This document shows positions 1 to 9,880 of a stretch of 64,000 nt of DNA, piece after piece (within the stretch, counting starts at the first letter, position 1; every line of letters begins with the position of its first letter). Position numbers and translations under genes: made by a program. This DNA comes from Candidatus Latescibacterota bacterium (GTDB taxonomy: Bacteria > Latescibacterota > UBA2968 > UBA8231): the NCBI GenBank assembly GCA_965248355.1, contig OZ252098.1, positions 480,001-544,000 on the forward strand, given 5' to 3'. Under the pieces are notes generated by a model. The model did not search any database. It worked only from the letters and a program-made list of their open reading frames with translations, and was not told the origin of the DNA.

Positions 1-485
1 TTGCTGCCGCCCTCGTCGAAGAGCAGGTACTCGATCGTGTGGAAGCCCTTCAGGGTCCCGTCCAGGCCGTTCACGTACTCGGTCCCGAGGTCGTTGCCGC
101 TGGCCATGACGCCCTCGAGGTCGGTGCGGTTGACGGGCCAGCTGTCCAGGGCCGGATCGTAGCCGTTGAAGTCGACGGGGCCGAAGAGGAAGCCCTCGCT
201 CGCCTCCCAGGGGACGCGGGCGGCGACCCAGGCCTCGCGGGCGGCGCTCAGCGTGGCGTCGCCGGGATTCTCCCGCAGGGCGGCCACGGCGTCGGCCAGG
301 GCCCCGGCCGCGGCATCCAGGTCCCGGTAGGTGGGGATGACGACGTTGTTGCCGAAATTCTCCAGGATCGGCCCGAAGTCATAGGCCTCGCTCCCGGGGC
401 CGGCGACGTCGTCGTCGTCGCCGCAGGCCGCCAGCCCGAGGAGAAAGGCCGTGAGAAGGGGGAGGTGGATCAAGCGACGTCCCAT
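1..485 (-). CDS. Imelysin-family (peptidase M75 / IrpA-like) iron-regulated lipoprotein, 5' part; runs off the window
   Basis: Manual translation from ATG at 485: MGRRLIHLPLLTAFLLGLAAC (lipobox) ... AREAWVAARVPWEASEGFLFGPV ... DPALDSWP ... KGFHTIEYLLF, which carries the imelysin GxHxxE motif. Missing from the ORF track because it has no stop inside the window. Confidence 0.85.
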   Translation of the reverse strand, partial: MGRRLIHLPLLTAFLLGLAACGDDDDVAGPGSEAYDFGPILENFGNNVVIPTYRDLDAAAGALADAVAALRENPGDATLSAAREAWVAARVPWEASEGFLFGPVDFNGYDPALDSWPVNRTDLEGVMASGNDLGTEYVNGLDGTLKGFHTIEYLLFDEGGS

Positions 486-515
486 GAGATGCTCTCCGGT
501 TTGGGGTGTCGTCCG

Positions 516-1775
516 TCAGAACTGGAATCCGAGGGCCAGGCCCAGGGTGTTCTCGTCGTTGAAGCGCGCCGCCCCGAGCCGGCGCATGGCGTAGTCGGCC
601 TTGAGGACCAGCTTGCGGGCCATGGCGTAGTTGACGCCTACCGTGTGCACCCGCCGGTCGAACCGGGGGTTGTCGAAGAACCCCTCCGGCACCTCGGCCA
701 TGGTGTCGTAGTCGTCCAGGCGGACGAAGAGGTCGAGCCGCTCTCCGGGCCGTTCGGCCAGCCACGGCAGGATGTCGTACCCCGCCTCGAGGTAGAGGGC
801 GCTGGCGGCGCTGGCCACGGGGCTGCGCGGCACGTCCAGATTGTTGGAGAGGGTGCGGTTGCGGGCGCTCACCGCGGCGGCGTTGCGCAGGTGGCCCCGC
901 AGGAACAGCCCGCGGGCCCGCAGGCGGTCCCGGTCGAGGTGGGCGTGGACGTCGGCGATGGTGACCTGCGCCTCGGTTCCCTCCATGTCCGGCTTGGGGC
1001 GGTTGCCGGCGCTGTCGCCGCGGTAGAGGGAGACGCCCACCAGGGCGCCCCGGACGGGCTCGAAGTCCACTCGGCCCGCCAGCGCGAGACGGTCCGCCCG
1101 GACCTGCTCGAAACGCAGCTGGTGCCCCCCGGCGACCCACCTCTGGGAGCTGAACCCGGTGGCGTCGAGGCCGTTGATCACCTGCAGGCGCCAGCGCCAC
1201 CGCCGGACCCGGCCCGAAGCCTCGATGCCGGTCTCGTGCCAGAGGGCGGGGATCACCGCCGCCTCCGACTCCGGGCGCACGGTGCCGTAGTAGTCGAGGG
1301 GACGGTAGAGCTCGGAGAGCAGGCCCACGGCGACGTAGAAGTGACCGGCGCTGAGGTCGAGGTGCTCGCCGAAGGAGCGCTTCACGTACAGCTCTTCCAC
1401 GATCACCTCGCCGCCTTTCTCCACCTCCTGCTCGAACTCGCCGAACTCTTCGTACTCCAGCTCGAGAGCGCCTCCGGTCCCGCCGTGCTCGAACTCCACC
1501 TCGGCTTCCAGCTCGACCTGGGGCAGCAGTTCCGCCTCCAGCTTCAGGGCCAGCCGCGTGACGTCCATGAGGGCGCGGTCGTCGGGAGCCGAGCCCCCGG
1601 GCCGGCTCTTCTGGTCGGGGCCGTAGTCGAAGCGCCAGTAGTTGATCTCGCCGTAGCCGCTGAGCCGGAGGGGAGTCTCGCCGGAGGCGGATCCGCAGAC
1701 CGGCAGGAGGCAGAGGAGAGCGGAGGCGGTGAACCCGGTTAGTGGTGCTATCCATCTGAAGTGCATGCAAAACAT
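516..1775 (-). CDS. Outer-membrane beta-barrel/porin (OprO/P-like) associated with imelysin
   Basis: 419-aa ORF with signal-like N-terminus, EVEFEHGG...GEVIVEELY motif, amphipathic strands and C-terminal ...LALGFQF beta-signal. Co-oriented directly upstream of imelysin. Start may be ATG 1766. Confidence 0.7.
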   Translation of the reverse strand: MFCMHFRWIAPLTGFTASALLCLLPVCGSASGETPLRLSGYGEINYWRFDYGPDQKSRPGGSAPDDRALMDVTRLALKLEAELLPQVELEAEVEFEHGGTGGALELEYEEFGEFEQEVEKGGEVIVEELYVKRSFGEHLDLSAGHFYVAVGLLSELYRPLDYYGTVRPESEAAVIPALWHETGIEASGRVRRWRWRLQVINGLDATGFSSQRWVAGGHQLRFEQVRADRLALAGRVDFEPVRGALVGVSLYRGDSAGNRPKPDMEGTEAQVTIADVHAHLDRDRLRARGLFLRGHLRNAAAVSARNRTLSNNLDVPRSPVASAASALYLEAGYDILPWLAERPGERLDLFVRLDDYDTMAEVPEGFFDNPRFDRRVHTVGVNYAMARKLVLKADYAMRRLGAARFNDENTLGLALGFQF

Positions 1776-1815
1776 ATGATTCCAAAGCCAACCGAAGGAA
1801 TGGCTATCCCTTCAA

Positions 1816-1835
1816 AAGTTTGGCATACCCAACAT
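1816..1835. promoter_or_regulatory. Candidate DtxR/MntR/SirR-type metal-regulator operator
   Basis: Imperfect palindrome AAGTTTGG-CATA-CCCAACAT (TTnGG-N4-CCnAA core) in an AT-rich patch just upstream of the porin-imelysin operon. Confidence 0.4.
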
Positions 1836-2046
1836 CAGGATAGCAAACTTAACGCAATGGATGGGAGTGTCAAGCGTTCTTGCGCCCGTGCGTGGCGTCG
1901 GATGGTGGCCGCGGCACTGGCGCCCCCGGACTCGAGTGTCGACTTTTCCGCGCTGTCCGGGCCCGTGGGGCCCGGGCCCGCCACAGCCGCGGCTGACCCC
2001 GGCGGAGGCGGCATTCGGCGACCACCAGCGACAACAGGGAAGAGAG

Positions 2047-3036
2047 ATGACGGAGCGGGAGGAGCACACCGCCGCCGAGCGCTGGATCTCGTACCGGGAG
2101 GAGATCAAGGTCCTGGACGCGACGATCCGCGACGGCGGGCTGATGAACGACCACAAGTTCGACGACGACGTGGTACGGGGCGTGTACCAGGGCTGCGTGG
2201 CGGCCGGCATCGACTATATGGAGATCGGTTACATCAACTCACGCAAGCAGTTCCCGGTCAATGAGTTCGGCCCCTGGAAGCACTGCCTCGAGGAGGACGT
2301 GCGGCGCATTGTCGGCGGCAACGAGACGGGGCTCAAGCTGTCGGCCATGGCCGACGCCGAGAAGAGCGACTACGAGGAGGACGTGCTGCCCAGGGAGCAG
2401 AGCGTCCTCGACATGATCCGGGTGGCCACCTACATCCACCAGATCCCCCTGGCCCTGCGCATGATCCAGGACGCCCACGACAAGGGCTACGAGACGACGG
2501 TGAACCTCATGGCCGTCTCCACCGTGCAGGAGCGCGAGCTCGACGAGGCGATCGAACTCTTCGCGGCCTCCCCCGTGGGCGTGATCTACGTGGTGGACAG
2601 CTTCGGGTTCCTGTACTCCGAGCAGGTGGAGGCGCTGGTGGACAAGTTCCTGGCCGTGACCCGGGGCACCGGCAAGGAGGTGGGCATCCACTGCCACAAC
2701 AACCGCCAGCTGGCCTTCGCCAACACCATCCAGGCCATCGTCAGGGGCGCCAATTACCTGGACGCCAGCGTCGCCGGTCTCGGGAGGGGCGCGGGCAACT
2801 GCCAGCTGGAGCTGCTCCTCAGCTTCCTGCACAACCCGAAGTATCACCTGCGCCCGGTCCTGGAATGCATCCAGAACCACATCGAGCCGCTGCGCCAGGA
2901 GCTGATGTGGGGCTACGACTATCCGTACATGGTCACGGGGATCCTCAACGAGCACCCGCGCTCGGGGATGGCCTTCAACGCCGAGAACCGCGGCGACATC
3001 GTCGACTTCTACGACGAGATGGTTTCGCAGGAGTAG
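2047..3036 (+). CDS. HMGL-like / DRE-TIM metallolyase (4-hydroxy-2-oxovalerate aldolase-like)
   Basis: DATIRDGG, HCHNN and GLGRGAGN motifs. ATG 2047 follows the purine-rich GGGAAGAGAG. Confidence 0.85.
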   Translation: MTEREEHTAAERWISYREEIKVLDATIRDGGLMNDHKFDDDVVRGVYQGCVAAGIDYMEIGYINSRKQFPVNEFGPWKHCLEEDVRRIVGGNETGLKLSAMADAEKSDYEEDVLPREQSVLDMIRVATYIHQIPLALRMIQDAHDKGYETTVNLMAVSTVQERELDEAIELFAASPVGVIYVVDSFGFLYSEQVEALVDKFLAVTRGTGKEVGIHCHNNRQLAFANTIQAIVRGANYLDASVAGLGRGAGNCQLELLLSFLHNPKYHLRPVLECIQNHIEPLRQELMWGYDYPYMVTGILNEHPRSGMAFNAENRGDIVDFYDEMVSQE

Positions 3037-3051
3037 AGAGGAGCCAGCCAC

Positions 3052-4485
3052 TTGCCGCAGCCCAACGTCCTGCTCATCTGTGTCGACCACTGGCCCGGCC
3101 CGCTGCTGGGCGCCGCGGGCCACGCGGGCGTCCTCACGCCGACCCTCGACCAGCTGGCCGCCAACGGCACCCTCTTCACCCAGGCCTACACGGCCACGCC
3201 GACCTGCATCCCGGCCCGGCGGGCCCTGATGACGGGGACCACGGCCCGGACTCACGGGGACCGCGTCTTCGACGAGCACCGGCCCATGGACCCGGACCTG
3301 CCCACCCTGCCGCAGGTGTTCCGCGACAACGGCTACCAGGCCTACGCCGTGGGCAAGCTGCACGTCTATCCGCAACGGGACCGCATCGGCTTCGACGAGG
3401 TCATCCTGTGTGAGGAGGGGCGCCACCACCTGGGCGGCGACGACGACGACTACGAGCGCTTCCTGCGCCACGAGGGGTACCCGGGACAGGAACTCACCCA
3501 CGCCATGGGCAACAACGTCTACACCACCCGGCCCTGGCACCTGCCCGAGCCCTGCCACCCGACGAACTGGACGGTGCGGGAGATGAGCCGCGGCATCCAG
3601 CGCCGCGATCCCACGCGCCCGGCCTTCTGGTACTGCTCCTTCATCACCCCCCATCCGCCGGTGGTTCCGCCCCAGCCGTACTACGACCTCTACGAGCGTC
3701 TGGGCGTCGAGGACCCCGTCGTGGCGGAGTGGGCGGCGGAGCCGGACCGGCTGCCCTGCGCCCTGCGCCTGCACCGGGAGAAGGTGCCGTCCATGAGCGA
3801 GGCGGAGATCCGCCTGGCGAGGCAGGCCTTCTACGGGCAGTGCACCTACATCGACCACCAGCTCCGGCTGCTCATCGGCTGCCTGCGCGAGGAGGGGATC
3901 CTCGACGACACGATCGTCATGTTCACCTCCGACCACGGGGACATGCTCGGCCACCACGGCCTGTGGGCGAAGCCGCCCATGTTCGAGTGGTCGGCGAAGA
4001 TCCCCATGATCCTCATGCCGGCGGCGGGCGGCGAGGACAGCGGCCACCATCGGCGGGACGATCGGCTTTCCGAGCTCCGGGACGTGATGCCCACCCTCCT
4101 CGACCTGTGCGGCCTGCCCGTCCCCGAGACGGTGGAGGGCCTGTCCCTGGTCTCCGACCGGCGCCGGGAGCATCTCTACTGCGAGCACTTCGAGGACGAG
4201 AAGTCGATGCGCATGGTCCGTGCGGGCTCCCACAAGCTGATCTGGTACCCCGTGGGCAACCGGCTCCAGCTGTTCGACGTCGACCGCGATCCGATGGAGA
4301 TGCGCGACCTGGCCGGCGACCCCGCCCACGCCGGGGTGCGCGAGGACCTCACCCGGCGGCTGCTGGGCGAGCTCTACGGCTCGGACGAGCGCTGGGTCCG
4401 CGACGGCCGCCTCGCCGGCGAACCCGACCGGGAGGTGCCGCCCCGGGTGAACCGGGGCATGTCCGGCCAGCGCGGCTGGCGATAG
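3052..4485 (+). CDS. Cys-type sulfatase (arylsulfatase/choline-sulfatase-like)
   Basis: PNVLLICVDH, CIPARRALMTG (CxPxR), GKLH, FTSDHGDMLGHHG. TTG start with GAGGAG RBS. Confidence 0.9.
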   Translation: MPQPNVLLICVDHWPGPLLGAAGHAGVLTPTLDQLAANGTLFTQAYTATPTCIPARRALMTGTTARTHGDRVFDEHRPMDPDLPTLPQVFRDNGYQAYAVGKLHVYPQRDRIGFDEVILCEEGRHHLGGDDDDYERFLRHEGYPGQELTHAMGNNVYTTRPWHLPEPCHPTNWTVREMSRGIQRRDPTRPAFWYCSFITPHPPVVPPQPYYDLYERLGVEDPVVAEWAAEPDRLPCALRLHREKVPSMSEAEIRLARQAFYGQCTYIDHQLRLLIGCLREEGILDDTIVMFTSDHGDMLGHHGLWAKPPMFEWSAKIPMILMPAAGGEDSGHHRRDDRLSELRDVMPTLLDLCGLPVPETVEGLSLVSDRRREHLYCEHFEDEKSMRMVRAGSHKLIWYPVGNRLQLFDVDRDPMEMRDLAGDPAHAGVREDLTRRLLGELYGSDERWVRDGRLAGEPDREVPPRVNRGMSGQRGWR

Positions 4486-4486
4486 C

Positions 4487-5974
4487 GTGTCCCGCTCCGC
4501 CGCGGCCGCCCGTCTCGCCGTCGCGCTGGCCGCCCTGCTCGCGGCGCCTCTGGGCGCCGGGGAGCGAGCCCTGGAGCTGGGTCCCTGCGCCGATGACGTC
4601 AACGTGGCCGGCGCCGAGTGCGGCCGCCTCGAGGTCTTCGAGGACCGGGAGGCCGGCCGGGGACGCAGGATCGAGCTCAAGGTGGTCGTGCTGCCGGCCC
4701 TCGGCCGGGGCCCGGCGCCGGATCCCCTGTTCCTCCTCGCCGGCGGTCCGGGGATGCCGGCCAGCGTCCTGGCGGGCCTGGCGGAGTCGGCCCTGCGCCG
4801 GGTGCGGGACCGCCGGGAGATCGTCCTCGTCGACCAGCGCGGCACCGGCGACCTGAGCCCGCTGCGCTGCGACGACATCGACGCCGACTCCACCTACTTC
4901 AGCTTCGACCCGAACCTCCCGGTGGAGTTGCTGCGCGGCTGCCTGGAGCGCTTCGAGGCCGACCCGCGGCAGTACACGACGCCGGCGGCCATGGACGATC
5001 TCGACGACGTGCGCCGGGCCCTGGGCTACGAGCGGATCAACCTGTGGGGAGGGTCCTACGGGAGCCGCGCGGCCCTGGTCTACCTGCGCCGCCACCCGGA
5101 GCGCGTGCGCGCCGTCGTCCTCGACGGCGTGGCCCCGCCGGGGATGCGCATGCCCGTCCACATCGGGGAGGACGCCCGGCGCTCGGTGGAGCTCATGCTC
5201 GCCGACTGCGAGGCGGATCCGGACTGCGCCGCCGCCTTCCCCGAGGTGCGGAGCAGATTCCAGCAGCTGCTGCACCGGCTGGAGGAGGCCCCGGAGACGG
5301 TCGAGGTGCCCCATCCCCGGACCGGCGGGGTCGTCGAGCTCGAGCTGCGGCGCCGGCATGTCCTGTTCCTGTTGCGCTCGGCCCTGTACGACGCGGAGAC
5401 CTCGCGTCTGCTGCCCCTGGTCATCGAGCGCGCCCACGGCGGCGACTACGGGCCCCTGCTGGCCCTCTCCGATCCCTTCGTGGAAGGCGTGAGCGAGATG
5501 AACGTGCCCCTCCTGTTCTCGGTCCTGTGCGCCGAGGATCTGGCCTGGGTGACCGAGGAGGACCGAAGCCGGATGGCCGCCGAGCCCTTCCTGGGCTCGG
5601 CGGTCCTCGACCTGTGGGGCCCGGTGTGCGACTTCTGGCCCAAGGGGAGCCTGCCGCCGGGCTATCACGACCCCGTGGTCTCCGACAAGCCGGTGCTGGT
5701 CCTCTCCGGAGAGCTCGACCCGGTGACCCCGCCGCGCTGGGGCGAGTCGGTGGCCGGGCATCTGTCGAACTCCCTCCACGTGGTCGTGCCGGGGGCCGCT
5801 CACGGCGCCTCGATCTACGGCTGCGTGCCCAGGCTGATCGCCGGGTTCCTCGAGGACGCCGGCTTCGAGGGCCTCGACGCCGCCTGTGTCGAGGATCTTC
5901 GCCGGCCCATGTACTTCCGCTCCTTCACCGGTCCGCGGGTCGGGGCGGCGGCCGCCAGGGGAGGCGCGCCCTGA
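4487..5974 (+). CDS. Secreted alpha/beta hydrolase, tripeptidyl aminopeptidase (TAP/S33)-like
   Basis: Signal peptide, LAGGPG, DQRGTG, GGSYG nucleophile elbow, DPVTP and GAAHG. Confidence 0.85.
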   Translation: MSRSAAAARLAVALAALLAAPLGAGERALELGPCADDVNVAGAECGRLEVFEDREAGRGRRIELKVVVLPALGRGPAPDPLFLLAGGPGMPASVLAGLAESALRRVRDRREIVLVDQRGTGDLSPLRCDDIDADSTYFSFDPNLPVELLRGCLERFEADPRQYTTPAAMDDLDDVRRALGYERINLWGGSYGSRAALVYLRRHPERVRAVVLDGVAPPGMRMPVHIGEDARRSVELMLADCEADPDCAAAFPEVRSRFQQLLHRLEEAPETVEVPHPRTGGVVELELRRRHVLFLLRSALYDAETSRLLPLVIERAHGGDYGPLLALSDPFVEGVSEMNVPLLFSVLCAEDLAWVTEEDRSRMAAEPFLGSAVLDLWGPVCDFWPKGSLPPGYHDPVVSDKPVLVLSGELDPVTPPRWGESVAGHLSNSLHVVVPGAAHGASIYGCVPRLIAGFLEDAGFEGLDAACVEDLRRPMYFRSFTGPRVGAAAARGGAP

Positions 5975-6702
5975 TCTCCGTCGAGGGACTGGCCAAGCGC
6001 TTCGGCGGGCTGACCGCGGTGGACGGCGTCTCCTTCGAGGCGCGGGACGGCGAGGTGACCGGGCTCCTGGGGCCGAACGGCGCCGGCAAGACCACGACCC
6101 TGCGCATGCTCTACGGCCTGATGAGGCCCGACGCCGGGCGCATCGCCGTGGACGGCCTCGACGCGGCCGCCGATCCCCGCGGCGTCCGGGCGCGCATGGG
6201 GATCCTGCCCGACGCCAACGGCCTCTATCAGCGGCTCACCGCGCGCGAGCACCTGCGCTACATCGGACAGCTTCAGGGCCTGGGCGGCGCTGCTCTCGAA
6301 GATCGCATCGACGAGCTCGTGGAGCTGCTCGACATGGGCGGCATCGCCGGCCGGAAGGCCCACGGATTCTCCCATGGAGAGCGGGCCAAGGTCTGTCTCG
6401 GACGCGCCCTGATCCACGATCCGCGCACGGTGCTGATGGACGAGCCCACGAACGGGCTCGACGTGGGCAGCACGCGGGCGGTGCGCGGCCTGATCCGCGG
6501 CATGCGGGACGAGGGCCGCTGCGTGCTGTTCTCCAGCCACATCATGCAGGAAGTGGCGGCCCTCTGCGACCGCATCGTGATCCTGGCCGAGGGCCGCGTG
6601 GCCGCGGAGGGGACGCCGGACGAGCTGCGGGCCCGGACCGGCCACGACAGCCTGGAGGACGCCTTCGTCGCCCTGAGCGGTCTCGACGAGGTCGAGAGAT
6701 GA
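5971..6702 (+). CDS. ABC transporter ATP-binding protein (NatA-like)
   Basis: Walker A GPNGAGKTT, degenerate signature FSHGE, Walker B LMDEP, SSH. The only plausible start is CTG at 5971, overlapping the upstream TGA and 6 nt after GGAGG. Confidence 0.9.
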   Translation: MISVEGLAKRFGGLTAVDGVSFEARDGEVTGLLGPNGAGKTTTLRMLYGLMRPDAGRIAVDGLDAAADPRGVRARMGILPDANGLYQRLTAREHLRYIGQLQGLGGAALEDRIDELVELLDMGGIAGRKAHGFSHGERAKVCLGRALIHDPRTVLMDEPTNGLDVGSTRAVRGLIRGMRDEGRCVLFSSHIMQEVAALCDRIVILAEGRVAAEGTPDELRARTGHDSLEDAFVALSGLDEVER

Positions 6703-7865
6703 GACTGCTGCGCGCGGTCCTGCGCAAGGAGCTGGTCGACGGGATCCGCGACCGGCGCTCCCTGGTCGCCGCCCTCGTCTTCCCCATGACCGTTCCCTTC
6801 CTCCTGCCCCTCGTCTTCCACACGATGATGGAGCGCAACCGCGAGGCCCTGGAGATCGAGATCCCCGTGGTCGGCGCCGAGCGCGCGCCCGACCTGGTCG
6901 ACTGGTTCGGGCGCCGGGGATACGCCGTGGTCGACGGGCCGCAAGATCCGCAGCAGGCGGTGAGGGAGAAGGACCTCGACTTCGTGGTCGTCGTGCCCGA
7001 AGGCTTCGCGGACGACTTCGCCCAGGGGCGCAGCGCCGCCGTCGAGCTCGTCCACGACGGCTCCCGCAAGGAGTCCGCCCAGGCCGTGGGCCGGGTGCGC
7101 GGCCTGGTGCGCGGTTACAGCCGGCTGGTGGGCAACCTGCGCCTCATTGCGAGGGGCATCAGCCCTCAGCTGGGGAACGCCGTGACCATCGACGACGTGG
7201 ACGTGGCCAGCGCCCGCCAGCGGGCGGCGAGCTGGTTCACCTTCATCCCCATGCTCGTCATTCTCGCCGCCTTCATGGGCGGCATGAACGTGGCCATCGA
7301 CGCCACCGCCGGAGAGCGCGAGCGCCAGTCCCTGGAGTCGCTGCTCGTCAACCCGGTGCCGCGCCGCACGCTGGTCCTGGGCAAGTGGCTGGCGGCGGCC
7401 GTCTTCTCCGGCGCCGGGATCGGCCTGACCCTGGCGAGCCTGCTCGTGGCGCTGAGCCGGGTGCCCCTGGAGCAGTTCGGCGTCGAGCTGCACATCGGAG
7501 GCCGAGAGGCCGCCTGGCTTCTGGTGGCGACGCTGCCCCTGGCGCTGTTTGCCTGCGGCCTGCAGATGACCCTGTCCACCTTCGCCCGCTCCTACAAGGA
7601 AGCCCAGACCTTCATGTCGCTGCTCATGCTGCTCCCCATCGTCCCCCATTTCATCGCCTCCCTGTGGAGCCTCGGCGACGCCTGGTGGATGCTGGCCGTT
7701 CCGGCCCTGGGCCAGTACGTGCTGCTCACCGACGTGCTCGGCGGCGAGGCGATCCAGGCGGAGGCCTGCCTGGCCGTGGTCCTGTCGTCGGCCCTGCTCG
7801 GCCTGGTCTGCGTGGAGATCACGGCGCGGCTCTTCGAGAAGGAGCGCATCGTCTTCGGGCGCTGA
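6699..7865 (+). CDS. ABC transporter permease (NatB-like)
   Basis: KELVDGIRDRRS, AGERERQSLESLLVNP, GKWLA and several TM helices. ATGA overlap with the ATPase gene. Confidence 0.9.
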   Translation: MRLLRAVLRKELVDGIRDRRSLVAALVFPMTVPFLLPLVFHTMMERNREALEIEIPVVGAERAPDLVDWFGRRGYAVVDGPQDPQQAVREKDLDFVVVVPEGFADDFAQGRSAAVELVHDGSRKESAQAVGRVRGLVRGYSRLVGNLRLIARGISPQLGNAVTIDDVDVASARQRAASWFTFIPMLVILAAFMGGMNVAIDATAGERERQSLESLLVNPVPRRTLVLGKWLAAAVFSGAGIGLTLASLLVALSRVPLEQFGVELHIGGREAAWLLVATLPLALFACGLQMTLSTFARSYKEAQTFMSLLMLLPIVPHFIASLWSLGDAWWMLAVPALGQYVLLTDVLGGEAIQAEACLAVVLSSALLGLVCVEITARLFEKERIVFGR

Positions 7866-7890
7866 AGCCGCGCGTCCAGTGCGTCGATCG

Positions 7891-8724
7891 ATGCCGGGGG
7901 TCCGGACCGTCATGTTCAGCCTGCTCGCGGCCCTCGGCCTGTACGGCGGCTATCTCGCCCTGCTCTACGCCGTGCAGTCCTCCCTCCTGTACCCGGGCCG
8001 CCACCTGCGGGGACGTCCGGGGCCCCAGCCCTTTCACCACGGCCGAGAGGTCGTGTGGCTCGAGACCAGCTTCGGCCGCGTCGAGGCGTGGTACCTGCCG
8101 CCGACCCTTGGGACCGCCCCGGGCGGACAGGCCCCGGCGGTGATCCTGGCCCACGGCAACAACGAGCTGATCGACACCATGCCCGAAGGGTTCCTGGCCT
8201 TCCGCGAGCGCGGCTTCGGCCTGTTCCTGGTGGAGTACCCGGGATACGGGTCCTCCGACGGGTCGCCGTCGGTGGAGAGCGTGACCGAGACCTTCACCGC
8301 GGCCTGGGACTCCCTGGTCTCCCGGCCCGACGTGGACGGCCGGCGCGTCCTCGCCCTGGGCCGCTCCCTCGGCGGCGCCGCGGTCTGCGCCCTGTCCGCC
8401 CGGAGGCCCCTGGCGGCCCTCGTCCTCGTGGCCGCCTTCGCCGACCTGCCGTCCATGGCGCGCCGCTACCTGGCGCCGGCCTTCCTCGTGCGCGACCGCT
8501 ACGACAACGCCGGGGCCCTGCGCTCCTTCCCCGGCCCCGTGCTGGTCGTGCACGGCACGCGGGACGGCCTCATCTCCCACGCCCACGGCGAGCGCCTGGC
8601 GCAGGCGGCGCCCCGGGGACGTCTGATCAGCTACGACGCCGACCACAACGACTGCCCACCCGACTTCGAGCGCTTCTGGCGCGACGTGGACGGGTTCCTG
8701 GAGCAGGCCGGTCTCAGGCCCTGA
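7891..8724 (+). CDS. Membrane-anchored alpha/beta hydrolase (ABHD13/17-like)
   Basis: N-terminal TM, HGN, EYPGYG, GRSLG, HGTRD, HND. Start uncertain (7879, 7891 or 7912). Confidence 0.85.
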   Translation: MPGVRTVMFSLLAALGLYGGYLALLYAVQSSLLYPGRHLRGRPGPQPFHHGREVVWLETSFGRVEAWYLPPTLGTAPGGQAPAVILAHGNNELIDTMPEGFLAFRERGFGLFLVEYPGYGSSDGSPSVESVTETFTAAWDSLVSRPDVDGRRVLALGRSLGGAAVCALSARRPLAALVLVAAFADLPSMARRYLAPAFLVRDRYDNAGALRSFPGPVLVVHGTRDGLISHAHGERLAQAAPRGRLISYDADHNDCPPDFERFWRDVDGFLEQAGLRP

Positions 8725-9664
8725 GGGCGACCCTCCGCCGCAGGTAGAGGAGCAGGGCGAAGTCGTACGCGGCGTGCGCCGCCGCCGGCACCAGCAGGTT
8801 GCCGGACCACAGGTACAGGCCGCCGAGGTAGAGGCCGAAGAGGGTGGCGAGAACGGCGTAGTCGCGGCTCACGAAGTGGGCGGCGCCGAAGAGCGCGCCG
8901 GCGGCCAGCCAGCCGGCTCCGGCGCCGGCGGCGGAGCCCAGGGCGGACTGCAGAACGCCGCGAAAGAGGGCCTCCTCGCCGAGGCCGGCCAGGGCCGAGA
9001 GCAGGGCCAGGCGGGCCGGGGAGCCGGCGAGCAGCGGCTTCAGGACGTCCTCGACGGTCTCGGCCAGCCGCCGCGCCCGGGGGACCTCCCTGTGGACGGC
9101 GACGATCACTACCAGGGCCAGGGGCAGGGCCGCCGCCAACCCCCACGCGGCGTCCTCCACGGAGAGACGCAGGCCCCGCAGCGGCGGCGCCCCGAGCAGC
9201 GGACCGACCCCGAGGGCCAGCAGCAGGACAGCCCCCTGCAGGCCGGCGGCGGCGAGGAACATCCCCCCCGGAGAGACCGTACCGGCCTCCGGGGCCGGTG
9301 TCCGCGCTCCGCGGCGGCGCCGGACGGCCCCGTACACGACCGCGTTGAACAGCAGCAGGGCCATGGCCAGCAGCAGCTGATCGGGTCGCGTCAGCGAGCC
9401 GGGATAGAGAATGGGGATCAGGTAGTGCTCGACGAAGCCGCCGGCGTAGGCCGTCTGCCCCGCGGCCAGGCGCAGGTGCCGCTCCAGTGGCGTCAGAGGG
9501 CAGACCCAGCCGGCCGCCTCCACGGCCACCGCCCAGGCCAGGGCGGGCACGTGGAGCCAGGCGATCCGGGGCCGCTTCATCGCCGCCAGCCCGCCGAGGA
9601 GGGCGAAGAGGATGAAGCCCGAATGGAGCAGGACGACCAGGTCGGCCAGCAGCCGGTAGAGCAT
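8714..9664 (-). CDS. DUF2784 domain fused to CPBP/CAAX (Abi) intramembrane protease domain
   Basis: N-half MLYRLLADLVVLLH...CPLTPLE...GGFVEHYL (DUF2784-like). C-half GEEALFRG, FGAAH, HAAYD (CPBP motifs). Single frame. Confidence 0.7.
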   Translation of the reverse strand: MLYRLLADLVVLLHSGFILFALLGGLAAMKRPRIAWLHVPALAWAVAVEAAGWVCPLTPLERHLRLAAGQTAYAGGFVEHYLIPILYPGSLTRPDQLLLAMALLLFNAVVYGAVRRRRGARTPAPEAGTVSPGGMFLAAAGLQGAVLLLALGVGPLLGAPPLRGLRLSVEDAAWGLAAALPLALVVIVAVHREVPRARRLAETVEDVLKPLLAGSPARLALLSALAGLGEEALFRGVLQSALGSAAGAGAGWLAAGALFGAAHFVSRDYAVLATLFGLYLGGLYLWSGNLLVPAAAHAAYDFALLLYLRRRVALRA

Positions 9665-9880
9665 GGCGGCAAGGGTGGGCGCCCCGGCGCCGCCCCGCAA
9701 GGCCGCGGGCGCCTCTGCGTCTGGCTCAGCCCGAGGCCGGCTCCCTACCTTGTTCCGGGAACCTGATCCGGAGCGCGTCCATGCCCGGCATCCCGCTGAC
9801 GGACTGACTCGTCATCGTCTCTACTGGATCTTCCAGCCGCCGGAACCGTCCTCACCCCCATCCCATCCGAGATCTCACCC

